Positions 1 to 10,895 are shown, counted from the whole stretch's first letter. The stretch is DNA of 63,494 bases, filler included, from Octopus bimaculoides (GCF_001194135.2; 7 parts of 7 records of this genome joined end to end with filler, not necessarily neighbours in it), one strand, 5' to 3'. Notes: generated from the letters alone by a model not told the origin. Numbers and translations: made by a program.

Positions 1-52
<52 letters not shown>

Positions 53-129
53 CTAAGTGTTTCATGCATAACTCCGATAAAGTAACTCATTTCTAATATA
101 AAAAGACATGCATATATAGCATTTATTCA

Positions 130-325
130 CCATGATAATCATTTCTGCTATAGGTGCAAGGTCTGAAATTTGGGGGAGGAGGCTAACCGATTACATCAAT
201 CTCAGTACTTGACTGGTACCTAATTTTTCGACTTCGGAATGATGCAAGGCGAAGTCAAACTCAGGACGTAAACACAGATGAACCGCCACTAAGCATTTTG
301 CTCGGCATGCTAACGGTTCTGTTTT
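130..325 (-). mobile_element. tRNA-derived SINE, family A (decayed copy)
   Basis: Reverse complement matches the family seen intact at 37870-38100: head CAGAAYCGTTAGCA..AAATGCTTAG, central TTTGCCTTTCATCCTTTCGGGGTCGA-like block, tail AAATTTCAG..CTATAGCAGAAA. Confidence 0.8.
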
Positions 326-351
326 ATTATTCACTATAATAATAATAATAA

Positions 352-420
352 TAAGAATCCTTTCTGCTATAGGCACAAGGCCTGAAATTTGAGGGAGGGG
401 ATAGTCGACTACATCTATAA
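352..420 (-). mobile_element. SINE family A, 3' tail fragment with (ATT)n tail
   Basis: Reverse complement reads CCCTCCCTCAAATTTCAGGCCTTGTGCCTATAGCAGAAAGGATTCTTATTATTATT. Confidence 0.8.
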
Positions 421-619
421 CAACCCTGTTAATTCGCTGCCTTACCTCTGTAAACGTCGATGACTGAAAACTAGTTCTCAATAGCGTAGCTGGGATGGAA
501 TGGTGGTAGTTCGACTCCGTTGACACCTTTGTGACTGCTATATAATCCTGTATAGGGTATGGGGGGACAGGGACAATAAATTCAAAGGATACCCCTGACA
601 GCACACACAAGCGATATCA

Positions 620-755
620 TATTGGTTTAAAATTTTAGCACACGGTTAGATGAATGGCAAAGTTGGCCTCGGCGGAATTTGAGATCAGAACGTAAAGACG
701 AACCAAATGTTGCTAAGCCTTTCGGCTGGCGTGCTAACGATTCTCCCAGTTCTCT
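620..755 (-). mobile_element. SINE family A, internally deleted copy
   Basis: Head and B-box region (CTCAAATTCCGCCGAGG) joined directly to a tail remnant. Confidence 0.7.
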
Positions 756-771
756 CCTTTGTAAAGCGATA

Positions 772-985
772 AAATATTGGTTTCAAATTTTGGCACAAGG
801 TCAGCAATTTCGGGGAGGAAGTTAGTCGATTCCTTCGACCCCTGTGTTCAACTGGTACTTGTTTTATCGACTCCGAAAGGATGAAAAGCAAAGTAGACCT
901 CGGCGGAATTTGAACTCAGAACATAAAGACAGACAAAATACCGCTAAGCATTTTTGTCCATCACGGTAACGATTCTACCAGCAAA
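772..985 (-). mobile_element. SINE family A, near full length
   Basis: Reverse complement contains GTTCTGAGTTCAAATTCCGCCGAGGTCTACTTTGCTTTTCATCCTTTCGGAGTCGATAAAACAAGTACCAGTTGAACAC. Confidence 0.85.
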
Positions 986-1490
986 GTTATATTACATTAT
1001 TTGGTATTTACCAGATTTGACATACGAGCTTATATGAAACACTTAAATTTTAGCAAGTTCTTTCTTGAAACAACTTTCTTGCTTTCCAAACCCAAATCTA
1101 AAGACACAGGTTGCTTCTCGTAGAGAATATGTTTGTCCGGATGAAGAAAAGTAGCCCCTATAAGCCTTGAAATATGCTATGTGAGTATTTAAACTGGCGA
1201 TGCAGCTTTAGAACATGGTTCTCAGAGAACACAAGAGAAATTGGAATTCATTCCAATGATCCTATTATTGATTTTTCACCACAATGATAAGATCTCAGCC
1301 CTGTTCGCTCTAAATGTTTTTAAATCGGATGATATTCATGAGCAGACAGCGTCTGATTCTACTGAAATTTCCATAAATCATTTTTGGAAATGAAAACTTT
1401 TTATCTTCAGGCAAGTGTGGCACAAATATTTGCTTATTATGCGATTGGTACAACTCCGCAGCCTTTTCTCCGCTCTCTCTCTGTCACTCT

Positions 1491-1596
1491 CTTCTTCTTC
1501 TTCTTCTTCTTCTTCTTCTTCTTCTTCTTCTTCTTCTTCTTCTTCTTCTTCTTCTTCTTCTTCTTCTTCTTCTTCTTCTTCTTCTTCTTCTTCTTC
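1491..1596. repeat. (CTT)n perfect trinucleotide run followed by (CT)n
   Basis: Directly visible; produces the poly-E/F/S/K/R ORFs at 1378-1727. Confidence 0.98.
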
Positions 1597-1749
1597 TCTC
1601 TCTCTCTCTCTCTCTCCCTCTCTCTGTGTAGACACATAGAAATATACGCAAGAACCACATTACACCATAGTAATTGCATTTGTTGATTGTACAAGAGAAA
1701 AAAAAACAGACTCTCACCACAACTCACGGCTGCTGAACTTAAAAAGAAT

Positions 1750-1788
1750 CACACACCACCACCACCATCACCACCACCACCACCACCT

Positions 1789-1851
<63 letters not shown>

Positions 1852-1958
1852 TCTTCCATGCTTGGCAACTGCTGCAATTGCGATTGTGCAAGCATTTTAT
1901 GCTGCAACGATATGTGCTGGCAATCTGGATTTCCTTACATATTCATAATTAACAACAG

Positions 1959-1996
<38 letters not shown>

Positions 1997-2060
1997 CCAT
2001 CAACAACAACAATGGCAACAACAACAACAATAGCAACAGCAGTAGCCATAATAATAACAA
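1750..2060. repeat. Compound trinucleotide cluster (ACC, ACT, CAT, CAA)
   Basis: Directly visible successive runs. Confidence 0.95.
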
Positions 2061-2383
2061 TAACCAAAAACAAACAGCAATAGCAAAGAACTGAAATATC
2101 AACTACAGCTAAAAGAAGCCAATGAGGGTATCTGTATATGGTCCCTTGATCCACTAGAAATAACAACCAAATTTTAGTAAAGTAAGAACGCATTGGACAA
2201 TGCAATCCGTGATAAACTCTGCCTAAAGTGAAAATGAAATGAGGTGACGGATGGCTGTAATAGATTGGAATGTAAGTCTGCCCTAGGGCTAAACAACAAT
2301 AAAAACGACGACAACAACAACAACAACAACAATGACTACAAAAATAAAAGAACAGCCACAATTACAAAGGTAAATGTAAATAG

Positions 2384-2870
2384 AACAAGAGCACTCAGAG
2401 AGCGCAAACCTCCGCCAAAGCAGCACCAAGTTCTCTCAACGATTAGCCGGGCATGATTTTTAAAATAAGAATATATGAAATAAACTCGACTGCTCTTAAA
2501 AACGAGAATAGTAAAAATGAACCTGACCACTCTCAAAAATTAAGTTAAAAAAACGGAAAAATAAATCCAGAATCATTGTCCGATACCGGATCGATCCCAA
2601 AATCTAATCAGTTTGTGCCAGTCACGAGGCCAAACATCCCTGAAAGTTTCTTCCGAATCTATCAAGCGGTTCTTGAGATATTATGTTCACGGATAAACAT
2701 GCATACCTATACACACACGTGCGCGCGCGCGTGTATGTGGGTGTGCGTGTGTATGTATGTATGTATGTATGCATATATGCATGTAGGTATGTATTATGTA
2801 TGTATGAATGCATGTGTGTATGTATATGCAACGTTTTAGATAATAGGTTCAGTAGACCAGGGCGGAGCCG
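2384..2870 (+). mobile_element. Non-autonomous Helentron/DINE-like (HINE-type) element
   Basis: Starts AACAAGAGCACTCAGAGAGCGCAAACCTCCGCCAAAG, has internal GATACCGGATCGATCCCAAAATCTAATC, an internal (TATG)n microsatellite and a distal GGGCGGAG complementary to CTCCGCC. The family name comes from recalled architecture, not a search. Confidence 0.5.
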
Positions 2871-2940
2871 GAGTTAAATAAATTAACCCTAACAATAAAA
2901 ATCACAAGCAATAACATTCGTCATCCTAATCATCATCATC

Positions 2941-2971
<31 letters not shown>

Positions 2972-3143
2972 GCATCCGCAACAACATTTGTGTCCTGCTC
3001 TGTGAGATAACAACGGAATTTCTAAAGTAGAAGCATTTGTTAATTTTTTAATCTTTTTAATGTCACACCTTTCTCTCACACCTCTTTCTTTCTTTCTTTC
3101 TTTTACACTCTCGCACATACACAGTCCTTTTCACACACACACG

Positions 3144-3284
<141 letters not shown>

Positions 3285-4024
3285 TNNNNNNNNNNNNNNN
3301 NNNNNNNNNNNNNNNNNNNNNNNNNNNNNNNNNNNNNNNNNNNNNNNNNNNNNNNNNNNNNNNNNNNNNNNNNNNNNNNNNNNNNNNNNNNNNNNNNNNN
3401 NNNNNNNNNNNNNNNNNNNNNNNNNNNNNNNNNNNNNNNNNNNNNNNNNNNNNNNNNNNNNNNNNNNNNNNNNNNNNNNNNNNNNNNNNNNNNNNNNNNN
3501 NNNNNNNNNNNNNNNNNNNNNNNNNNNNNNNNNNNNNNNNNNNNNNNNNNNNNNNNNNNNNNNNNNNNNNNNNNNNNNNNNNNNNNNNNNNNNNNNNNNN
3601 NNNNNNNNNNNNNNNNNNNNNNNNNNNNNNNNNNNNNNNNNNNNNNNNNNNNNNNNNNNNNNNNNNNNNNNNNNNNNNNNNNNNNNNNNNNNNNNNNNNN
3701 NNNNNNNNNNNNNNNNNNNNNNNNNNNNNNNNNNNNNNNNNNNNNNNNNNNNNNNNNNNNNNNNNNNNNNNNNNNNNNNNNNNNNNNNNNNNNNNNNNNN
3801 NNNNNNNNNNNCAGTAAAACACTTAATCGCGTTAATATAGGGATGTAGGTTCGAGTCCCATGCATATAGGAAAGTCTACTTTTTCTGTTGAGGGCTTATA
3901 TACCGTGTTATTAGATTATTTTCCTTAGTCATTTGCACGGTGATCGCCATAAGCTTATAAAAAAATACCATTATTATTATTTACAGAATTGTAAAACTCG
4001 ACACCGCTTAACAAAATCATTCGC

Positions 4025-4055
<31 letters not shown>

Positions 4056-4474
4056 CACATACACATATTTATGTAAGCAGGTGAATGTATATGATAAGAG
4101 TTGAAGAAACGAGGAAAGTACCATTTGTGAAGTTAACTATGAAATTGAGAATATAATTAAAATTGAAATAGTAATTCAAGCTATCGGCTTAAATTACAAG
4201 CCCGATTGGAAGTTAAACCATTGACATACGTTTTATTTAACTGTTGTCATTCCTCCTTCACCAGCTGTCAAGCTGACGCTGGCGAAACTCCAGACTAACA
4301 GGCCACTGAATCGACTCAAAGAAACTATTACACTCTTCATTAGTATTGAGTACTTAACTAACTCATTTTTTACTACCAATACACACACACACACACACGC
4401 ACACAGACACATATGTACAAATACACATACGCATAGACATTTATAGGTTTGGCGATTAACACAGGAAACACAAG

Positions 4475-4521
<47 letters not shown>

Positions 4522-4602
4522 TTGTCTATCTATCTATTTGTCTATCTATCTCCCTGCCTGCTTACCTGCCTGTCTGTCTGTCTAGCCATTTATCTATCTA
4601 TA

Positions 4603-4828
4603 TTAATCGGGTCAGAAGTTACAGAGCCGAGTGTTTCGTGCGTTGGCACTTATGAAACTTTGATATCTACTAATGCACGAACCTCACGACCCTTGAATCA
4701 CCTTGTAGCTTCTGCTGATCGATAGAAAATATATGAAAAAAATATATTAAAAAGTGTACCAACGTTTGGTAAGTACCCATACATGAAACTCTCGGCCCTT
4801 GAGTCACTCTGTAACTTCTGCCGATTAA
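4603..4828. mobile_element. MITE flanked by TTAA, imperfect TIRs of about 60 bp
   Basis: Left TTAA|TCGGGTCAGAAGTTACAGAG..CCGAGTGTTTC; reverse complement of right end TTAA|TCGGCAGAAGTTACAGAG..CCGAGAGTTTC. Confidence 0.75.
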
Positions 4829-5028
4829 AATAAATGTATATATATATGCATATATGTGTATGTATATACAATGACTTACATTTTCTTTCTCAATACGTTC
4901 CTGCAGATTTGAACGTGAATATGCAAATCGCTGTTGTAATTTGTCTATGGAGAACAACTCTCAAACAATGTATACTCACAACATATTCGATGTAAGTGAG
5001 GCAAAATTCTTGTTTAGTTTCATTGATC

Positions 5029-5090
5029 CGGGGTAGCTTTGGTTGAAGAGACGCAGTCAGGTCGAAACACCGCAGTGTCTTTAAATCCCG
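5029..5090 (+). ncRNA. Type I hammerhead ribozyme motif (near-canonical, probably slightly decayed)
   Basis: UUGAAGA (5043-49), helix II GAC/GUC (5050-52/5061-63), GAAA (5064-67), helix III ACAC/GUGU with CGCA loop, GUC cleavage triplet (5077-79), bulged helix I closed by CGGGG/UCCCG. Confidence 0.65.
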
Positions 5091-5215
5091 TTACTTCTAA
5101 GAATTGAGTGTGTTGTGAACACACATGGTCTGAAAGGAAAATGTGTATATGTATATAAAGTCATATACATGTCTATACATACATATACATATGTGTGTGC
5201 GTGTATGTTTATATA

Positions 5216-6256
5216 CAGGATGTTCGGGCTAAATTTGATGTTTTTTAATGTCGCCTTTTTTCAGTAACGGCTTGATCTATCGGTGAGCATTCATCGGCGT
5301 TGGGGAGCGTAAATATTAGAATTGAAGTTGTGAAGAAGTTAGCTAACATGGAGGACTGGAAGCCATCTGAATATTGGAAAAGAGTTACCTGTATTATGAG
5401 GATTCGCGCCCGGTATCAAAATGTCGACGTCATGACTGCTGCTCAATGGCCTGTGAACACTGGTAAAGGCTTAAGACGTGACAGCTCTGTAGCTACGAAA
5501 CCGTGGTTAGAGACTACGAAACTGTGGTTAGTAGGAAGGGAAACTGCAGGCACTCTGCCCGTGTCAGCACGCCAGAATTCATCCAGCAACTGCAGGACAA
5601 GGTAATGGAAGATCCAAGAAAGAGAATCCGGGGTTTGGTGAGAGAGATGGATACAAGAAGTGCAAGTGACAAATTCTGACAGCCAAGGCCAAGGAGAACC
5701 ACAGAGAACCACAAAGAAGCTCCTGGAGAAGCTGAGGCATCCTGTTGAGCCGGAGATGTTCTGGTTCTTCTCAGATGAAAAGAACTTCTGCCAGGACTAG
5801 CTGCGCAACACCCAGAACAGCAGATGGCTTGCCTACAATCCATGTGGTGACCCAGATATAAAAATCAAGTTTCCTCAAACTGTGATAGTCTTTGGGTGTG
5901 TCTCCAGTGAGGATGACGTCATGCCGCCCCACATCTTTGAGCATAGCCTTAGGCTCAGTTTAGACGGCTATGTGAAGTTGCTGGAGACTGTGTTCAAACC
6001 CTGGCTGGAGATGATTGCTGGAAAGGCCATATGTGTGCTAGCATGTTTCGGCTCCTTGCCATACCTTCTGAAAGAGTCAGAAGTGGTTATCGGAGAATTT
6101 CTACGACTTCATCAGCTCCAGTTTCTGGCCTCCTAATTCCCCTGATTGTAATTCCATGGATTAATCACCAACTACTCTGCTTGCAATACCAAGGCCAAGT
6201 TGCTGGCCAAGATCAAAGAGGTGTTCGAAGATCTTACTAGGGACACAGTGAGGAAC
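5216..6256 (+). mobile_element. maT/DD37D-type Tc1/mariner transposon, decayed transposase, right end lost in gap
   Basis: TA|CAGGATGTTCGGGCTAAATTTGA terminus. Translated motifs WFFSDEKNF, VFGCVSSEDDVMPPHIF, LETVFKPWL and FWPPNSPDCN, interrupted by stops and frameshifts. Confidence 0.85.
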
Positions 6257-6492
6257 NNNNNNNNNNNNNNNNNNNNNNNNNNNNNNNNNNNNNNNNNNNN
6301 NNNNNNNNNNNNNNNNNNNNNNNNNNNNNNNNNNNNNNNNNNNNNNNNNNNNNNNNNNNNNNNNNNNNNNNNNNNNNNNNNNNNNNNNNNNNNNNNNNNN
6401 NNNNNNNNNNNNNNNNNNNNNNNNNNNNNNNNNNNNNNNNNNNNNNNNNNNNNNNNNNNNNNNNNNNNNNNNNNNNNNNNTGTGTGTGTATA

Positions 6493-6700
6493 TATGGGAG
6501 AATTCAAGAAAAAACAACAGACGAAGACAGGTAGTGTAGACAACAAATGGATGTATTAGTATAACGCTCGGGAATAGAGAAAGTCTTTAACGTTTCGAGC
6601 CTACGCTCTTCAATAGAAAAGAACACAGAAAGAAACAAGGAGAGAGAAAAATAGGTGTAGTGGTCAGCGATCTATCATGGCGAATACCGGACAGAAGGGT
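6493..6700 (-). mobile_element. Penelope-like-terminal-repeat-type short repeat with minimal hammerhead motif (copy 1 of 3)
   Basis: About 200 bp shared with 35290-35490 and 46100-46330. Reverse complement contains TCTTTT CTATTGA A GAGC GTAG GCTC GAAA CGTT AAAGA. Confidence 0.6.
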
Positions 6701-7374
6701 CACGTGCACGCGCGTGCGTGCATGTATGTATGTATGTATGAGCATGTGTGTATGAGCGCGCGCATATGTATGAATACATGTATACGCACATATACACAGA
6801 CGCACATATATGTGTCCTTCTCTTTAGATATTCATCTTTATGTTACTATATTGTTTTCTATTGACACATTTTCCATCCAGTGATTAATCATTATAGATCT
6901 TTTCATGCTATATATGTCATGTCTCTTAGTTGCGTTGACGGAGACATGCGTGAAACTCTTAGTTGTGAGTGTGTATTTATGTATGTGTGAGAGAGGGAGA
7001 GAAAGAGAGAGAGAGGATGGAGGGAGTGAGATTGATTTTAGCCCAACAATAAACACTACTTTTGTATCAAGCGTATATATTCCCTCTTGTTTGTAATCTA
7101 AAACGTAGACGCACGTACTTATATTCACACATATACACACTAACTCGCGCACATACACAAGCTGCTTGAATGGAGTCCTTTAGATAACTATAACCGGCTG
7201 ATTCATGTTGGGGAAGGTATATAACAATACTCTGAGAACGTTTCGGACCCCACCCATTTTGATAACAATAACCGCTTGATAGTTTGATAACATTCTTCAT
7301 GATTTATATGTTGCCTTCACAAAATAAACGTGCGCGTGTCTGTGTGTGTGCCTAAATATGTATTTATGCATGTA

Positions 7375-7444
<70 letters not shown>

Positions 7445-7450
7445 CCTATC

Positions 7451-7976
7451 TGGTGGACGCGTCTGAAAGGATTAGAGACAAATACTTTCCTCTCTGGTCA
7501 ATCTCTCATCAACTTTTTCAAGTATCACTTGAAAAGGAAGGTGAGAGTAGAGAGGCAAGTGTTGTCTAGCAAATGTTTCGAAAAAAGATGGATACATGTA
7601 GCAAGAATGGCACGTATAAATGACGAAGCCACCTTGACCATGATTCTATANNNNNNNNNNNNNNNNNNNNNNNNNNNNNNNNNNNNNNNNNNNNNNNNNN
7701 NNNNNNNNNNNNNNNNNNNNNNNNNNNNNNNNNNNNNNNNNNNNNNNNNNNNNNNNNNNNNNNNNNNNNNNNNNNNNNNNNNNNNNNNNNNNNNNNNNNN
7801 NNNNNNNNNNNNNNNNNNNNNNNNNNNNNNNNNNNNNNNNNNNNNNNNNNNNNNNNNNNNNNNNNNNNNNNNNNNNNNNNNNNNNNNNNNNNNNNNNNNN
7901 NNNNNNNNNNNNNNNNNNNNNNNNNNNNNNNNNNNNNNNNNNNNNNNNNNNNNNNNNNNNNNNNNNNNAAAGAAAC
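7451..7976 (+). mobile_element. 5'-truncated Tx1-type LINE 3' fragment inside (ATCT)n
   Basis: Translates WWTRLKGLETNTFLSGQSLINFFKYHLKRKVRVERQVLSSKCFEKRWIHVARMAR, homologous to the ORF2 C-terminus at about 27040-27230. Spans a gap and is flanked on both sides by (ATCT)n. Confidence 0.85.
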
Positions 7977-7989
7977 CTATCTACCTATC

Positions 7990-8043
<54 letters not shown>

Positions 8044-8329
8044 GCGTGTGTACTTGCCAGGCTTTCTCTTTCAATGTGTGCGTGTATGTATGTGAGTGTG
8101 TGTGTTTGTGTGTGTGTATGCGTGTGTGTCTGTTCGTAAACAAGCCACCGGTTAAAAGGAAGTAGTAATACGAAAAATTCGGCTGGTTAGTTTTATTTAT
8201 ACTAAACCTACCATATTTCGACAAACCTGTCATTCTTTATCTTATGTACACTCGCCACCCACACATACACAGAGCAATGCACACACACACACACATTCAT
8301 TTATCAACACACACATAAAACTCCCAATC

Positions 8330-9438
8330 TCTCTCATACTTTTTTATTTGAAACTTTATCTTCAGTCATTCCCCTTTCTTGTTTCCTCTGCCTTCCACTC
8401 CTCTCATTTTTCTCCTTCTCTGTATATATTGTATCCTCCCACCCTCACTCATTTTTTGTTTTGTTTGACTTGTTGCTTTCATGTATCCCTTTTCTTCTCT
8501 CTCCTCACACTAACTCTCTCTCTCTCTCTCTCTCTCTCTCCCTTTCCCGCCTCTCACTTTGTCACATATATTCATCCCTTACGCACGTTATTAAATCTCC
8601 TCCTCCCCACTCGCGCAAACTTCCTTCTCCTGTCTCTCAAAGTAAACACTCCCCCTTTCTCTGCTTTATGTTTAAATCCCCCTCTCTCTATTTACCCTTG
8701 CTTTCTAATAACTTTTCTCTCACTTGTTAATGTCCAGTTCTCATTCTCTGCCTTTTTCGTTTCTCTCTCTGTCTCTTTCATTCTCTTTCATTCTCTCTAA
8801 ACACCTCATCTCTTTCTCTTTCTCTCCCCCCCTCTAAACACTTCACCTCTCTCACTTCCTTTCATTCTTTCTTTCTTCTTGCACCCCCTCTCATGACATA
8901 ACAATACGCTTCTGCCGCAACACTCAACCTTACAGGATGCAGTTTCACCATACATACTTCACTTGAGACACACGCACATTTTGACGCACGCTCGCGTGCA
9001 ACCACACACATTTGGGTGGAGCTGCAATAACTATATATACTTTGGACACACACACACACACACACACACACATACTATATGCGTATATGTCTGTAAATAT
9101 GTGAATGTGTCTGCATTCCTATGCGTACGAACTTCTCATTACATGTGTAAGCGTATATGTTGACTTGTGTCTGTTTATTCGTGAATATAATCTGTGATAA
9201 TATGTGTTTGTTTGCCTTCACGAACGTATGTATGTCTCTCTCTCTATATATATGAATGCATGCATGTATGTGTAAGTGCGTGTGAAGAAAAGAGAAGGAA
9301 AAAGGAAAGAAGAAGCTAGCTTTATCTCCTGTCCTGACCGAGAAGCCACTCAAAATAAAGTATTTCGTACAAGAGAGAGAGAGAGAGAGAGACCTCCAGC
9401 AAGTAGCTGCCAGGGATACTTCTATAGGAAATATTAGC

Positions 9439-9477
<39 letters not shown>

Positions 9478-9703
9478 CCAGAGTATCTTGGGGAGCAAAT
9501 CAAAATGGTAAGTTTCGATTAGTTTCCTGTTTTATCCATTCTTTCTATCTTCCCTTTTGTCTTTCTTTTCTTCTTTATTTCCTTCTTTCTTCCTTTCTTG
9601 TCGTCTTTCTTGTTTTCATTCACCTTTTCATATTTAATTTGCTTTTCCATTTTCTTTCTTTCTTTCTTTCTTTCTTTCGCTCTTTCTTTCTTTCTTTCTT
9701 TCG

Positions 9704-9735
<32 letters not shown>

Positions 9736-9747
9736 CTTTTCGTTCGT

Positions 9748-9783
<36 letters not shown>

Positions 9784-10460
9784 TTCCCTCTTTCTTTTCT
9801 TCCTTCCTTCCTTCCTTCCTGTCTCTCTCGTTCATCTCTCACTCTCTCGGTCTCACTGTCTCTCCTTCCCGTTTCTCTCTTCCTTTCTCTCTTTTTCTCT
9901 GCTTCTTCTTTTCTAAGTTTCTCCATTTCATCCCCTCTCTTTATCTATCTTTTACTTTTATCTTTTGATGTCAAAGATTTCTCAAAATATCACGTTCAGG
10001 CATACCTCAACCTACGTCGTTTCGAGTTACGTCTTTTCCGACTTCACGTTTTTATTTTTACTTAAGTCGCATGTCATAGAACCAATTACCCGACGTAAGT
10101 TGAAATACACCTGTATATTGTATTAACTTTTCTTTCTCTCTTCTTCACTCTCTCTCGAGTCTCTTTCTCTATGAATCCCCTCTTTCTGCATCTATCTCTT
10201 TTATCTCTTTCACTCCCTCTCTAGTCTCACTCCCTCTCTAGTCTCACTCCCTCTCTAGTCTCACTCCCTCTCTAGTCTCACTCCCTCTCTAGTCTCACTC
10301 CCTCTCTAGTCTCACTCCCTCTCCTTCTGTATCTATCTCTGTTATCTCTCTCAGTCTCTCTTTCATTTCTCTCTCTCTTTCTCTCCCCTATTCTTTCAGT
10401 CTCTTTCCTTCTATCTCTCTACCGTTCGCCCTTCCTTCCTCTCTCTCAGGCCTCCTCTAT
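8330..10460. repeat. Two long pyrimidine-rich low-complexity tracts on + strand ((CT)n, (TTTC)n)
   Basis: 8330-8890 and 9515-10460 are almost devoid of G on the + strand. Confidence 0.9.
10211..10322 (+). repeat. 17-bp minisatellite CACTCCCTCTCTAGTCT, about 6.5 perfect copies
   Basis: Unit read directly from the sequence. Confidence 0.95.
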
Positions 10461-10689
10461 TTCTGTCTCAGTGTTTGTTGTCTTAGTTTCTTTCTCTTTC
10501 ACACAGACACATTTATTTATCATATTAACTCCACAGAGATTCAATATATAATCGAAGTCGATAGTATTTGTTTCTATCTGAATTCGAATTCGATCAGAAT
10601 AGCTAAGTCTTTCATCCACACTCACTAAAACGAACACAACAAAATAAATACCATTCACTCACTGGTTTTGATTTAATCATCAGCAATTT

Positions 10690-10895
10690 TCTTTTCTACT
10701 ATAGGTACACAACCTGAAATTTTGTGGGGAGGGGGGAAGTCGATTACATCGACATCAGAGATCAACTGGGAGTTATTTATCGAACTCGAATGTATAAAAA
10801 AAAAGCCGACCTCGGCGGAATTTGAAATCACGACGCAGAGCCGGAAGAAATACTGCAAAGCAGTTGTGACCGGCGTGTTAACGATTCTGCCGGCT
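10690..10895 (-). mobile_element. SINE family A
   Basis: Reverse complement has CAGAATCGTTAACACGCCGG head, TTTCAAATTCCGCCGAGGTCGGC and tail AAAATTTCAGGTTGTGTACCTATAGTAGAAA. Confidence 0.85.

Noticed and set aside
1130-1190. CGGATGA...CTTGAAA hammerhead-like spacing
   Set aside because: The core is altered, helix II has only two or three pairs, the residue at the cleavage position would be G, and there is no helix I.
3815-3862. tRNA-like GGTTCGAGTCCC
   Set aside because: Only a B-box/T-arm fragment at a gap edge with no cloverleaf; at best a SINE head remnant. The same applies to CTGGGTTCAATCCCAG near 59920-59935.
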